Below are positions 1 to 9,200 of a stretch of 64,000 nucleotides of DNA, piece by piece; positions within the stretch are counted from its first letter, which is position 1; each line of letters opens with the position of its first letter. The notes below the pieces were generated by a model. That model made no database searches. It saw only the letters and a list, made by a program, of their open reading frames with translations, and had not been told where the DNA came from. Source of the stretch: an uncultured Pirellulaceae bacterium (GTDB taxonomy: Bacteria > Planctomycetota > Planctomycetia > Pirellulales > Pirellulaceae); NCBI GenBank assembly GCA_964433035.1, contig CAYSQZ010000003.1, positions 579 to 64,578 on the forward strand. Reading direction: 5' to 3'. The translations under genes and the position numbers were made by a program.

Positions 1-2064
1 CGGATTGGCGATTGGGTGATTGGAAATCACTGGCTTGTTTCCACCGTTTCGGTTGCACTGTTGATATTCTTCGCGATCGGAGTCACGCAGATTGAGACTT
101 CGGTTCAGCTGCTCAAGCTGTTTGACAAAGACGCCAAGATTTTGCACGACTATCGCTGGCTGGAAGAAAATCTGGGCGAGTTGGTGCCGGCTGATATTGC
201 GCCTTACTTTGATCTCGACCAGCAGAAAGAGCCGTTTCAGCAAGCCGAGCTTGAGCGACTTCAAGCGATCGAGTTGGCCAAGCACCCCGAGGGAACGTCG
301 GTCGAAGAAGCGATGGAGGGCGTCGACATTGTGTTTTCGCCAGAGCATCGAATGGCAAACGATCTGAAATATTCGCTTTTGGAGCGAGTCGAGTTGTCGC
401 GTCGGATCCGACAGAAGCTTGAATACTATTTCGGTCCAGACGGTTTGGGGATCGTCGGATCTGGAATGTCGATGGACGTGTTCACGCCGCTCTATCGAAT
501 TGACTCCCAGGAAAAGTCAACAACGCGAAAGCAATTCAGTTCTGCACTTTACAGCAAATACGCTCAGATGTTGGAGCAGGACTACGTTTCGGTGGTCGGG
601 CATTCGAATCTTGATCGCGAGGAGCGACTTAAGGATCTTGCTGACCCCTCACGAGCCGGTCGAGAGATGTGGCGAATAAGTATTCGCTTGGCAGCGCTTA
701 ATAATGTTGACTATGGGCAATTCGTCAATGACCTTAAAGCTGTTGTCGAACCGGTCATGTCGGCTTACCGTTACCGAACCAAAATTCTTAAATCACTTCA
801 GGCGCAGCTTGGCGAAGAGTCCCTTTCTCAGAGCAAAGTTCTGATTCTTGCCCGCGATCCTGACGCTTACTCCAAAGACGTTCGTGCCGAGGTTGCCAAG
901 GGAGCGACCGTTGCGGAATTGATCGATCAAACGTACCTGTTTTCCGATACGCTACAGGACTTGATGGAGAATCGGGGGATAACGCTTCGTGACAAAGCAA
1001 AGTTTTATCGCTGGATCGATCCGGACAAGGCACGCGAGTTTCCCGATAAATATCAGAATCTATATCAGCCTGAGAAATTCAACGAGTTTGTGAAAGCGTT
1101 TGATTGCGTCGTGCTTGTCGAAGAAGACGAGTTGTTTGATGTGGAAATGATCACCAGAAATGCTAAATCATTTATTGACTGTCGCGATCACGTATTCAAA
1201 GTCGATCAGCGGACCAAGTTGCCGCTACCGGGAATGTTGACCGCCAAAGAGATCAAAGATAACCCGGAATTGGCCGAGGACGTTGATGTCGCGGCGATCT
1301 ACACGGGAATCGTGCCAATCGTCTACAAAGCCCAGCGTTCGCTGTTGCATAGTTTGATCGAGAGTATTGGACTGGCTTTCGTGATGATCTCGTGTGTAAT
1401 GATGTTGCTACTTCGCGACTGGAAATCGCGGTTGGAGATGAAGAACATCGTTAACATTCGTGGCGGGATGATCTCGATGCTGCCTAATGTGTTCCCGGTC
1501 GTAATCGTGTTCGGTTTCTTGGGGCATATGAATCGTGTTTACGGAGGCACGGTTGACGGGTTCCTGGTCGATATTGGTTCGATGATGACCGCCAGTGTTG
1601 CGATGGGTGTTGCGGTTGATGATACAATTCACTTTTTGAATTGGTATCGAACGGCGCTTAACGATGGGCATGACCGGAAGTCGGCGATTAAGTTGGCTTA
1701 CGACCGAGTCGCCACGGCGATGACTCAAACGACGCTGATTGGTGGTCTGGGGCTTGCGGCGTTCGCGCTAAGTACCTTTACGCCGACTCAACGGTTCGGC
1801 GTGTTGATGTTCTTTCTGTTGTTGATGGCCCTGGTTGGTGACTTGATTTTTCTCCCTGCTCTGTTGGCCGGTCCGTTAGGAAAGTACTTTGGTAAGGAGC
1901 AGCCCAAAACGCAAACCACCGCTGAGGATGGTTCGGCGGTTGAGCCGACGTTGCGACTGATTGGAGAATCGACGGATTCCCAAACTGGTCAAAATGACTT
2001 ACCCAAGCCAGAGGTCGTATTGCCAGACAAAGATTGGAATGCTGACGCGCGGCGTGTCGAGTAA
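1..2064 (+). CDS. RND/MMPL-superfamily membrane transporter, C-terminal part (5' end outside window)
   Basis: The frame is open from base 1 (listed ORF 16..2064). It has a large soluble loop followed by a C-terminal TM bundle with the motif GVAVDDTIHFLNWY, typical of RND/MMPL/HpnN-like exporters. Confidence 0.75.
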   Translation, partial: RIGDWVIGNHWLVSTVSVALLIFFAIGVTQIETSVQLLKLFDKDAKILHDYRWLEENLGELVPADIAPYFDLDQQKEPFQQAELERLQAIELAKHPEGTSVEEAMEGVDIVFSPEHRMANDLKYSLLERVELSRRIRQKLEYYFGPDGLGIVGSGMSMDVFTPLYRIDSQEKSTTRKQFSSALYSKYAQMLEQDYVSVVGHSNLDREERLKDLADPSRAGREMWRISIRLAALNNVDYGQFVNDLKAVVEPVMSAYRYRTKILKSLQAQLGEESLSQSKVLILARDPDAYSKDVRAEVAKGATVAELIDQTYLFSDTLQDLMENRGITLRDKAKFYRWIDPDKAREFPDKYQNLYQPEKFNEFVKAFDCVVLVEEDELFDVEMITRNAKSFIDCRDHVFKVDQRTKLPLPGMLTAKEIKDNPELAEDVDVAAIYTGIVPIVYKAQRSLLHSLIESIGLAFVMISCVMMLLLRDWKSRLEMKNIVNIRGGMISMLPNVFPVVIVFGFLGHMNRVYGGTVDGFLVDIGSMMTASVAMGVAVDDTIHFLNWYRTALNDGHDRKSAIKLAYDRVATAMTQTTLIGGLGLAAFALSTFTPTQRFGVLMFFLLLMALVGDLIFLPALLAGPLGKYFGKEQPKTQTTAEDGSAVEPTLRLIGESTDSQTGQNDLPKPEVVLPDKDWNADARRVE

Positions 2065-2239
2065 CTTAGCGGCAACCGACAGCCGATTGCCTGTAGATGC
2101 CTCGCGCAGAGATGCGGAGGCGCAGAGTTATCGTGGGCATAGGCTGAATTCCATGCCATGCCTTCGATTCATTTTTCGGCAACCTTCATCTCTTGCGGCT
2201 CAGCGGCCCTGCTCGCGGCCAAAATGGTTGTCTTTCAAA

Positions 2240-2263
2240 TGAATTGTTATATGAATTGTTATA
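2240..2263. repeat. Perfect 12-bp tandem duplication TGAATTGTTATA x2
   Basis: Read directly. It lies about 190 nt upstream of the 2457 CDS in an AT-rich intergenic stretch. Confidence 0.9.
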
Positions 2264-2456
2264 TAACGCGGTTCAGTTCAGGCGTTCTGGGCTAGTAGCC
2301 AGCCTCGCGGGAAAGGCGGCTTTGCAGAACGCGACTTCAACCTGTATCTAGCGTGGGGATTACAAACGTAGATTTTTTTTCCAATATTTTATGCTTCCAG
2401 GTGAATAGCAGAGACAACAATAAAGACTTCGCTGGAATTTCTGGAACCAAATCACG

Positions 2457-2930
2457 ATGGACAAAGTTCGTTTTGCTTGCCCGCGTTGTCAAACGTTAAT
2501 GCAAACCGGTGCGCAGAAGGTGGGAGGCGACGTTGTCTGTCCGCACTGTTCGCACCAATTTCAGTTGGTCGAACCTGATCGGCCCGCAGCCAGTCCAACC
2601 AGAATAGACTTAGCGGGTAGTTCAAATTCCGGCACTGAACCGGCGGCACACCGACCCGTTGAGAAAATAGCGGTTCCTCCGGCAACAAGTAGTTTCGGTA
2701 CGTCGAGGTTTCCGGTTTCGGGCAATGGCTCTTCAGGGTTTCGACCAGTCGGTTTCCAATGCCCTTACTGCCAGACGACACGTGCCCCGACGGTAAGATC
2801 CGAAATCTCTCAAATCGGTTGGCTCGTGTTTGTTATCCTGCTGGTCACGACCTGTTTCGGGTGTGTAATCGGATTGTTTATTCGCGACAACTATCGCGAG
2901 TGTTCGCAGTGTAAGATTCGTTTGGGCTAA
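2457..2930 (+). CDS. Zinc-ribbon membrane protein with LITAF/SIMPLE-like C-terminal domain
   Basis: N-terminal CPRC..(16 aa)..CPHC zinc ribbon and a low-complexity linker. The C-terminus is CPYC, then a 22-aa hydrophobic segment (IGWLVFVILLVTTCFGCVIGLF), then CSQC. Confidence 0.6.
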   Translation: MDKVRFACPRCQTLMQTGAQKVGGDVVCPHCSHQFQLVEPDRPAASPTRIDLAGSSNSGTEPAAHRPVEKIAVPPATSSFGTSRFPVSGNGSSGFRPVGFQCPYCQTTRAPTVRSEISQIGWLVFVILLVTTCFGCVIGLFIRDNYRECSQCKIRLG

Positions 2931-3082
2931 GCACTGTCTGGCAATTTCATATTGGGCTGAGCGGCTAGTGCAACAAACGGTAATTGATGTTCCATGAGTG
3001 CGAGATCTTGCCAAGCCTTCCTTCTTTTCGCTACTAACAGAAACGTTTTGCCAAAATTGAAGTCACCGATGGGTAACCAAAG

Positions 3083-3140
3083 CCACGAATCACACGAATA
3101 TTAGCGTGATAGAATTCGTGTTTATTCGTGTGATTCGTGG
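3083..3140. repeat. Palindromic CACGAAT/ATTCGTG element, copy 1
   Basis: An 18-bp perfect inverted repeat, CCACGAATCACACGAATA (3083-3100) / TATTCGTGTGATTCGTGG (3123-3140), with a 22-nt spacer. The heptamer ATTCGTG is iterated 3x on the right side. It is homologous to 38454-38521. Confidence 0.85.
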
Positions 3141-3461
3141 CAGAACGATTCGCTTACGTTCTAATCGCCAGGGATTCTAGCCACTGATTTTCACAGATTG
3201 ACACGAATGTTGCGCGGCCAATCCGTGGCTTTTTAAATTCCGACAGATCCGTCCGGTTTGAAGCAGTCTGTATCCAGTTAATACAGTTTCAAAATATTCA
3301 GAGTTGGCTTCCCATGAAACCGGACTTACCGTTTGGTTGCACTAGCTACAGTTAAACAACGCAACGAACCGGTTGCCGCTCACATTTAACAAACAGTGCC
3401 TTGTGGTCCTTCAGCGTGAGCATAGATATCACCGACTCGCAGTACTTACTGGTGCTGCGTT

Positions 3462-4505
3462 CTAATCGTCGTAGTCGATCGTTATCCGCTGCCCTGTTTC
3501 GGCGGAATCATAAGCCGACACAACAATTTTCATTGCTCGGTAAGCGTCCAGCGGGTCAGTTGTTTTTCGAATCAAACTGGTAACCGCGCGGTGGAAGCGG
3601 TCAAGCATCTGCTCGCCGACAGGACGCTCGGACTCCAGCGATTCGGTATGCTGGCCAGCATCATCAAACCAGATCAAGTTCGATGGCAAATCAATAAATG
3701 CCATGCCGTTTTCACAGCAGACTTGCAGCGACGCAGGCCGTTTGAAAGAAAGCGCGTCAGGCCAGCGCTCAGGAATGTAGTGTCCAACGCTTAACTGAGC
3801 CTGAGGAGTACATCCGGCACTGGCACCAGTCCATTGCGGCGAAGTTTGGCTTGGGAACGCGAGGCTGACCATCTGGTAGAACAAATCGATGCCGCTATCG
3901 TGTTGTTCATGAATGGCACTGATAACTGATTCCGGGTCATCGTTGACCAAATATCGACACCAATCGACCAACTCCATCAAGTGCCGCCATGCGAGCGGGC
4001 AATACTCGCCTCGTCGCAACGAATTCGATTGGCCTTCCATAGGCATTCGCTCGTGACAGAACAACAATCGGGGAGGACCAAGCCGGGTGGCCATGAGTTC
4101 TTTGAGGCGAATGGTCGCCGGGGCATGGCGGCGCGGAAGCTCTGCCATGAACGCAACACCCGATTGATCGATCCGCTGTCGTATTTCGAGGGCTTGTCCC
4201 TGAGAGACATCCAAAGCCGCCGAGCTATAAACTGCTTTACCGGCCTCGCACGCAGCTAAGATTGGCAGCGGGCCATACCAGTCGGGAGATAGTGCCAACA
4301 CCGCATCGATATCGTCCCGCTCAACCATAGCCCGAAAGCCGTCCATGGCGATGGCGTTAAATTCTTTGGCAGCCTGGCGGGATTTTTCGGCGACTTCACA
4401 GCAGATCGCCCGGACTTCAAACCGATCGCAGAGCGACAGTAATGCTGGGCGATGCCTGGTAAGCCATTGATCTCCAAGCCCAACTAAACCGACGCGCAAT
4501 TTCAT
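3462..4505 (-). CDS. Gfo/Idh/MocA family oxidoreductase
   Basis: N-terminal Rossmann motif MKLRVGLVGLGDQW. Length is about 347 aa when started at the internal ATG at 4505. The listed ORF extends to 4670, but the extra N-terminus looks non-native. Confidence 0.8.
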   Translation of the reverse strand: MKLRVGLVGLGDQWLTRHRPALLSLCDRFEVRAICCEVAEKSRQAAKEFNAIAMDGFRAMVERDDIDAVLALSPDWYGPLPILAACEAGKAVYSSAALDVSQGQALEIRQRIDQSGVAFMAELPRRHAPATIRLKELMATRLGPPRLLFCHERMPMEGQSNSLRRGEYCPLAWRHLMELVDWCRYLVNDDPESVISAIHEQHDSGIDLFYQMVSLAFPSQTSPQWTGASAGCTPQAQLSVGHYIPERWPDALSFKRPASLQVCCENGMAFIDLPSNLIWFDDAGQHTESLESERPVGEQMLDRFHRAVTSLIRKTTDPLDAYRAMKIVVSAYDSAETGQRITIDYDD

Positions 4506-5048
4506 AAGTAGGCTTGAGCTGGATGGGAAGTAAATTTTCGGACGCATTTTCGGCCTCAAATAAAAGCCAGAGTCTCGGCGCCCAATTGTATCAATTGATC
4601 TTCGAAAACCAAAAAGAATCTCTTGATAGAAATTCATGCGGTTCACATTGTAAGTCTGTCTTCGGAGCAAATCCCCAGTTGCTACAAGGACTTAGAGAAA
4701 CGCTAAAGGGTGTTTTGGGCGTCCAACCTGTCAGTTAAAGTCTCGTTAAGGACGATTTTACTCGCGTTTCTGCAGGGTGTTTGCGGAGCGGGTGAAGAAA
4801 TTGGGATAATCCGATTCCTTTTCCCAGGCACTACAAAAATCAAACGTGAAGTTTAGGCTATTCCGAACATAGGGAAAGGACTACCTCAGCACTGATTTGA
4901 AGGCTCATTTGTAGCTGCGATTCGACATTTGAAATGCATTCTGCTGGCACTGTTGACGATAACAATTCTTACATCGGCAACGAAATTCTCGACACAAATT
5001 TTGAGTATCAGTCTCAAGTTGAAGTCGCTCAAGGATGAAGGAAATCAA

Positions 5049-5489
5049 ATGAGACAGTTCTCGGTTCTGATCGCTCTCGTGGTCGCGGCAATGATGGCTC
5101 CTGCTTTTTCGAATGCGCAAGAGCCGCTGGACTATCGAACGGCATACACAAAAGCTCAGGCAGGCGACAAACCTCTGCTGGTTTTGATCACTGCCACTTG
5201 GTGCCCCCCGTGTCAGCTGATGAAGCAGACGACGATTCCTCAGTTGATGGAGAAGAAATCCTTCAAGGGGTTTCACTACTCAACTGTGGATTTGGACAAA
5301 GAAGAATTGTTGGCCAGAGAGCTAATTGGTGAGCGAGGAGTACCCCAGCTAATCATGTTTGAAAAACAGGATGGCAAGTGGGTCAGGAGATATCTGCGTG
5401 GAGCTCAGTCAGTTGAAACAGTAGAAGCGTTTGTCGCTCAGTCCGGCTTGACGAGGACTGCTTCGGTAGATTCCCAGTCCGGCAAATAG
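5049..5489 (+). CDS. Secreted thioredoxin-family protein
   Basis: Signal peptide MRQFSVLIALVVAAMMAPAFSNA and the WCPPC active site (ATWCPPCQLMK). The start was chosen at the internal ATG at 5049. Confidence 0.8.
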   Translation: MRQFSVLIALVVAAMMAPAFSNAQEPLDYRTAYTKAQAGDKPLLVLITATWCPPCQLMKQTTIPQLMEKKSFKGFHYSTVDLDKEELLARELIGERGVPQLIMFEKQDGKWVRRYLRGAQSVETVEAFVAQSGLTRTASVDSQSGK

Positions 5490-5513
5490 CTTTCGACGAA
5501 CTGTGAAAATTCG

Positions 5514-5548
5514 AACGCACTTACCTTGAAGGTGAGTGCGTTTTTTTT
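5514..5548 (+). terminator. Rho-independent terminator after the thioredoxin gene
   Basis: 10-bp stem CGCACTTACC / GGTGAGTGCG (one G-U), loop TTGAA, followed by T8 (5541-5548). Confidence 0.8.
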
Positions 5549-5646
5549 ATGCGAACTCCCATGCAAAGAGCTTAGGCTTTGGGGTAAATTGTGCATTGCG
5601 GGGCAATTTTTCTTAAACCATGACGTTCCGATAGGCAGAAAATTCT

Positions 5647-6327
5647 TTGAAGATTTCGGTTGTCATTCCAGTTATCAACGAATTCAATCAAATTCGACAA
5701 TCGATCGCTCTCGCGTGGCAAGCTGGTGCTGATGAAGTAGTAGTGGTTGACGGTGGCAGCACCGATCGGACTCGAGAGCTGGCAATCGAAATGAATTGCG
5801 TTTTCGAAGAAAGCATTTCCGGTCGGGCTGTTCAAATGAACCGTGGGGCCGCCGTCGCTGTTGGCGATGTCTTGTTGTTTTTGCATGCGGACAATTCACT
5901 GGCTCCGGGTGCATGTGACCAGATTCGCGAATTGTTTCGGACGACTGAGCACAAATTTGGCGGCTTTCGTCAGGAAATCCAAAGCCAATCTAATGCGTTT
6001 CGATGGATCGAACTAGGAAACGAAACTCGGCTGGTCCGCCAGGGTTTGATTTACGGCGATCAGGCGATGTTTATTAATCGGGATTTGTTCGAGCAATTGG
6101 GGGGCTTTCCTGAGATCGAGCTGATGGAAGATTTTAAATTCTCCATATCGCTCAGAAAATTCGGAAAGCCGGCGTTGCTTGACGGTCCGACGCTGGTTAG
6201 CGCACGACGTTGGGAGCGCAACGGCTGGATTCGACAGACGATTCTCAATTGGAGTTTGTCGTTTGCCTTTCGAATGGGGGCTTCGCCAGGCTGGATTGCC
6301 CGGCAGTATCGCCGCCATGACAAGTAA
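5647..6327 (+). CDS. Family 2 glycosyltransferase
   Basis: N-terminus KISVVIPVINE, DGGSTD and LFLHAD motifs, and about 226 aa, as in small GT2 enzymes. TTG start. Confidence 0.8.
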   Translation: MKISVVIPVINEFNQIRQSIALAWQAGADEVVVVDGGSTDRTRELAIEMNCVFEESISGRAVQMNRGAAVAVGDVLLFLHADNSLAPGACDQIRELFRTTEHKFGGFRQEIQSQSNAFRWIELGNETRLVRQGLIYGDQAMFINRDLFEQLGGFPEIELMEDFKFSISLRKFGKPALLDGPTLVSARRWERNGWIRQTILNWSLSFAFRMGASPGWIARQYRRHDK

Positions 6328-6687
6328 GGCATAAAAAAACTCCCGGCCATGAACATGGCCGAGAGGACGACCCAAGGGGATTTGGCTCGTCAAAGGAGGC
6401 GTAGAGAAGGTTGGAGCCCAGTTGAATTGGGTTCAGGCTGAGCATCACAAACGGGGGGAGAATTACCTTTCTCTACAACACTTTCAACTAATACATGAGA
6501 CGCAATGTTTAAATTGAACTTACCTAAAATTTTGTAAGAGCGTCGTAAGCGATTCTTGCTGCGCGCAGTGCCTTCAATGAAGTCCAACGGTAACTGATTG
6601 TGTGATTCAAGCCACGCTCCAAAGTCGCGCTTATCTGCATTCATCGATACTAATCTCGCGCAAGTTATTTGAAGCTGGAACGTAAGA

Positions 6688-7788
6688 TCAGCGTTTTGAA
6701 AGAACACGACGACGGAACTCTTGAATCACTGGAAGCTTATTCAGCCAGGGAGAAGCGTCTGCTTTGGCGTCATCGGACTCGCAGATTTCACCGGCAAACC
6801 CGGGCGGAATCTGGCTGAACAATTCCAGTTTTCCCGATTCGGTTTCTTCAAAGTGATGGTACTCGTAGCCGGGAATGAATAAATCGTCATCGGCAACAAC
6901 GTCGATTGTTCGAACACAGTAACTTGAAAGTTCGGTCGTGGTAGCTTGGGGTGGCAAGATCCAGGTATGCTTGGGGCCAGCCATAAACACGTACTGGATT
7001 TTTCGATTGCTTGAGAGGATGCGAAATCGTTTTAGCAAGCCGTGATACAGTTTGCTGCGTGAATTTGATTTCTCGATTATCCCCTTGGAAAAATCTGGCT
7101 TGAAGCCCGATGCGAACTTTAACGAAGTCGGATCGTTTCGACGCGCGAAGCGGGCGATAGATTTTCCCCGGTTGATCAGGTTCGATTTATCCAAAGCCGC
7201 CAATCGTCGCGGTGTGGTAAAGTCGTTGTACGGTTGAACTCGATTTGGGGAGGATTTTCTAAGGACCAAATCGAGGGTGAACTCACTTCCGCCAGGGCGT
7301 TTAACTTTTTTTGCCAGCTCGTCCACAACCACCATCATTTCAAAGGGAAGATCCGTGGTCGACTCAATGGAGGTAAGGAATTCCTGCCCATTTTCGAATT
7401 CTTCCCGTACGTCGCCTTTGCCGACCCAGATTCCCTCAGTATCGCGAGAGAAATGCGATGCTGAGCGCCACGCAAGCGAAAGGTCTTTATAAAAGATGCG
7501 GGGAAAGATCTCGGGCTTGCCGCGTCGATTTTTCTGAACAACGTAGGCTACGAAAAATCGAAGCTCGGGGATCTGCTGAACGTTGGAAAGATAGATCCTG
7601 GAATCAAACAGATCGATCCGGTGTCTGGGATGGAGTCCCGAGTCCAGTAGAGAAGCAGGGTTCTTGCGTGCAGTTCCCGCGATTTTGAGTCGAGCGCCTT
7701 GTTGAATCAGTTCTTTAAACTGCCGCAGAGTCTTCTGCGGTGAAAGATCGTGCCGTTTGACGCTGGGAATTATTTGTGTCGGAATCAC
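6688..7788 (-). CDS. Hypothetical protein (366 aa), no recognisable domain
   Basis: A long ORF with protein-like composition that nearly fills its interval. I recognised no motif. Confidence 0.55.
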   Translation of the reverse strand: MIPTQIIPSVKRHDLSPQKTLRQFKELIQQGARLKIAGTARKNPASLLDSGLHPRHRIDLFDSRIYLSNVQQIPELRFFVAYVVQKNRRGKPEIFPRIFYKDLSLAWRSASHFSRDTEGIWVGKGDVREEFENGQEFLTSIESTTDLPFEMMVVVDELAKKVKRPGGSEFTLDLVLRKSSPNRVQPYNDFTTPRRLAALDKSNLINRGKSIARFARRNDPTSLKFASGFKPDFSKGIIEKSNSRSKLYHGLLKRFRILSSNRKIQYVFMAGPKHTWILPPQATTTELSSYCVRTIDVVADDDLFIPGYEYHHFEETESGKLELFSQIPPGFAGEICESDDAKADASPWLNKLPVIQEFRRRVLSKR

Positions 7789-8048
7789 GCAATTAAATTA
7801 ACGTTGGTTGTTGTCTAGTAAGGAACCGAACAAGTCGTCGGAGCTATGAAGATAAGCCATCCCAACCATCGTAGTGCAGATGTTCGTTTTCAGATACGTC
7901 GAGTGTATATCAAACCTATCAATGGGCAGGAGTATTTTCTTGTAAGGCGAGTTTGACTGATGCACTTGGCGAGCTATTCGACTCAGCACCGGGCGGCACC
8001 TGGGTAAAGCTGCGTTATCTGCCGCCTCACGAGATTTAGACTCTTTCG

Positions 8049-8240
8049 AACCCCTAACGGGTTTAATCAGCTGCCCAGGGTTCTTGAAGCCTGGGTAAAG
8101 ATTTATTCAAAACCAAAACCCCAACGGGGTTTGATCACAACGTCCAGAGTATGATCCAATCCCGTTGGGATTGTGTAAGTTATGGGCTCATTGTCCCAAG
8201 GTTCAAGAACCTTGGGCTATTGATCTAACGCCGTTGGCGT
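8049..8240. repeat. Cluster of six short GC-stem hairpins / palindromes
   Basis: Four tri/penta-loop hairpins:
- 8049-8063, AACCC-CTAAC-GGGTT
- 8116-8132, AAACCCC-AAC-GGGGTTT
- 8158-8172, AATCCC-GTT-GGGATT
- 8228-8240, ACGCC-GTT-GGCGT
Two related 22-nt palindromes:
- 8074-8095, CCCAGGGTTCTTGAAGCCTGGG
- 8195-8216, CCCAAGGTTCAAGAACCTTGGG. Confidence 0.75.
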
Positions 8241-8338
8241 ACGAGAACGCCAGCTTTCTGCTGCTCGATTTGTCTAGTTCGGTTTTCAAATCGAATCCCC
8301 GAGAATTCCTTCGAATCTCGCGCGTTGAGAATAGGTTC

Positions 8339-9142
8339 TTAGAAACCCCTGGGTAGCTTACCTGACCAGAGCCCCGCCGCGATCAAACCTGTCACCAAAA
8401 AAAATGCCCCGAACGCACTTTGCGGTGTCCAACTGACAAAAATTCCCAACAGCACACGGTCAAGCGGGACATTGAGCTTGATACCAGTCGACACTGCAAC
8501 GCTGATCGTCACCGCCGAAAGAATCGTGAGAATGACAATCCGGTGATGCCAGTGAATTCCTCTGGGAAGCATCGCGATTGAAATTAGCACTATTGGCCCC
8601 AGGAAATAGATACCCATTAAAACTTCAGGCGTACCATTCCAGCTTGTCAGTGCTGAGATCAACATCGCAGCAACGGTCGTCACGAGCAACAAGCTCTTAA
8701 CCGAGAACTGGAATCCAATGCTATTTTGGCTTGATTCGATGGCTTCAAATTCCTTGACCCAGCGATTGAAATGGTGCCTAAGCATGAGGCCGACGCAGCC
8801 GAAAATCGATCCTAGAGCGATTCCAACCAGCATGTTCAATCCAACCATGTAATAGTCAATGTGGATCGAACCATAGAGCCGACCCTCTCTCCAAATCTCA
8901 AAAGGGAATCCCATGGATTCGACAACGTTTTGGTCGGAACTGATTAAATCGGCTATTCCAGCCGTTCGAAAGAAATAAGACAATGCGTTGGCCGCCGCCA
9001 CGACCATCAAGCCGCCGACAAGCCCTCGCCCAAACCAGTGCGTGGGAGTCGTCCCGATTTTCGAAGTAGTCCTTGGCGAGTTCGCCGTCGCTGGACTGGC
9101 AGCGGTCGATTCAGGTTCTATTGAGATTCCAAGCCTCCACAA
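8339..9142 (-). CDS. Polytopic membrane protein, unknown function
   Basis: Several hydrophobic TM-length segments. It contains the FSVKSLLLVTTVAAML idiom common in planctomycete proteins. The start codon is uncertain. Confidence 0.55.
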   Translation of the reverse strand: MWRLGISIEPESTAASPATANSPRTTSKIGTTPTHWFGRGLVGGLMVVAAANALSYFFRTAGIADLISSDQNVVESMGFPFEIWREGRLYGSIHIDYYMVGLNMLVGIALGSIFGCVGLMLRHHFNRWVKEFEAIESSQNSIGFQFSVKSLLLVTTVAAMLISALTSWNGTPEVLMGIYFLGPIVLISIAMLPRGIHWHHRIVILTILSAVTISVAVSTGIKLNVPLDRVLLGIFVSWTPQSAFGAFFLVTGLIAAGLWSGKLPRGF

Positions 9143-9200
9143 TCATCGTTAATTTGGTCTAGAGGAGTTTTAAAAACAGGTTTTGAGATCACTTGAGACA

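Noticed and set aside
4929-5048. The N-terminal 40 codons of ORF 4929..5489
   Set aside because: A canonical signal peptide starts at the internal Met (5049). The upstream extension is hydrophobic junk without a gene-like context.
8165-8356. A 63-aa ORF in the hairpin cluster
   Set aside because: It is composed of translated palindromes. I read no Shine-Dalgarno-like sequence ahead of it, and it overlaps the 3' end of the neighbouring minus-strand gene.
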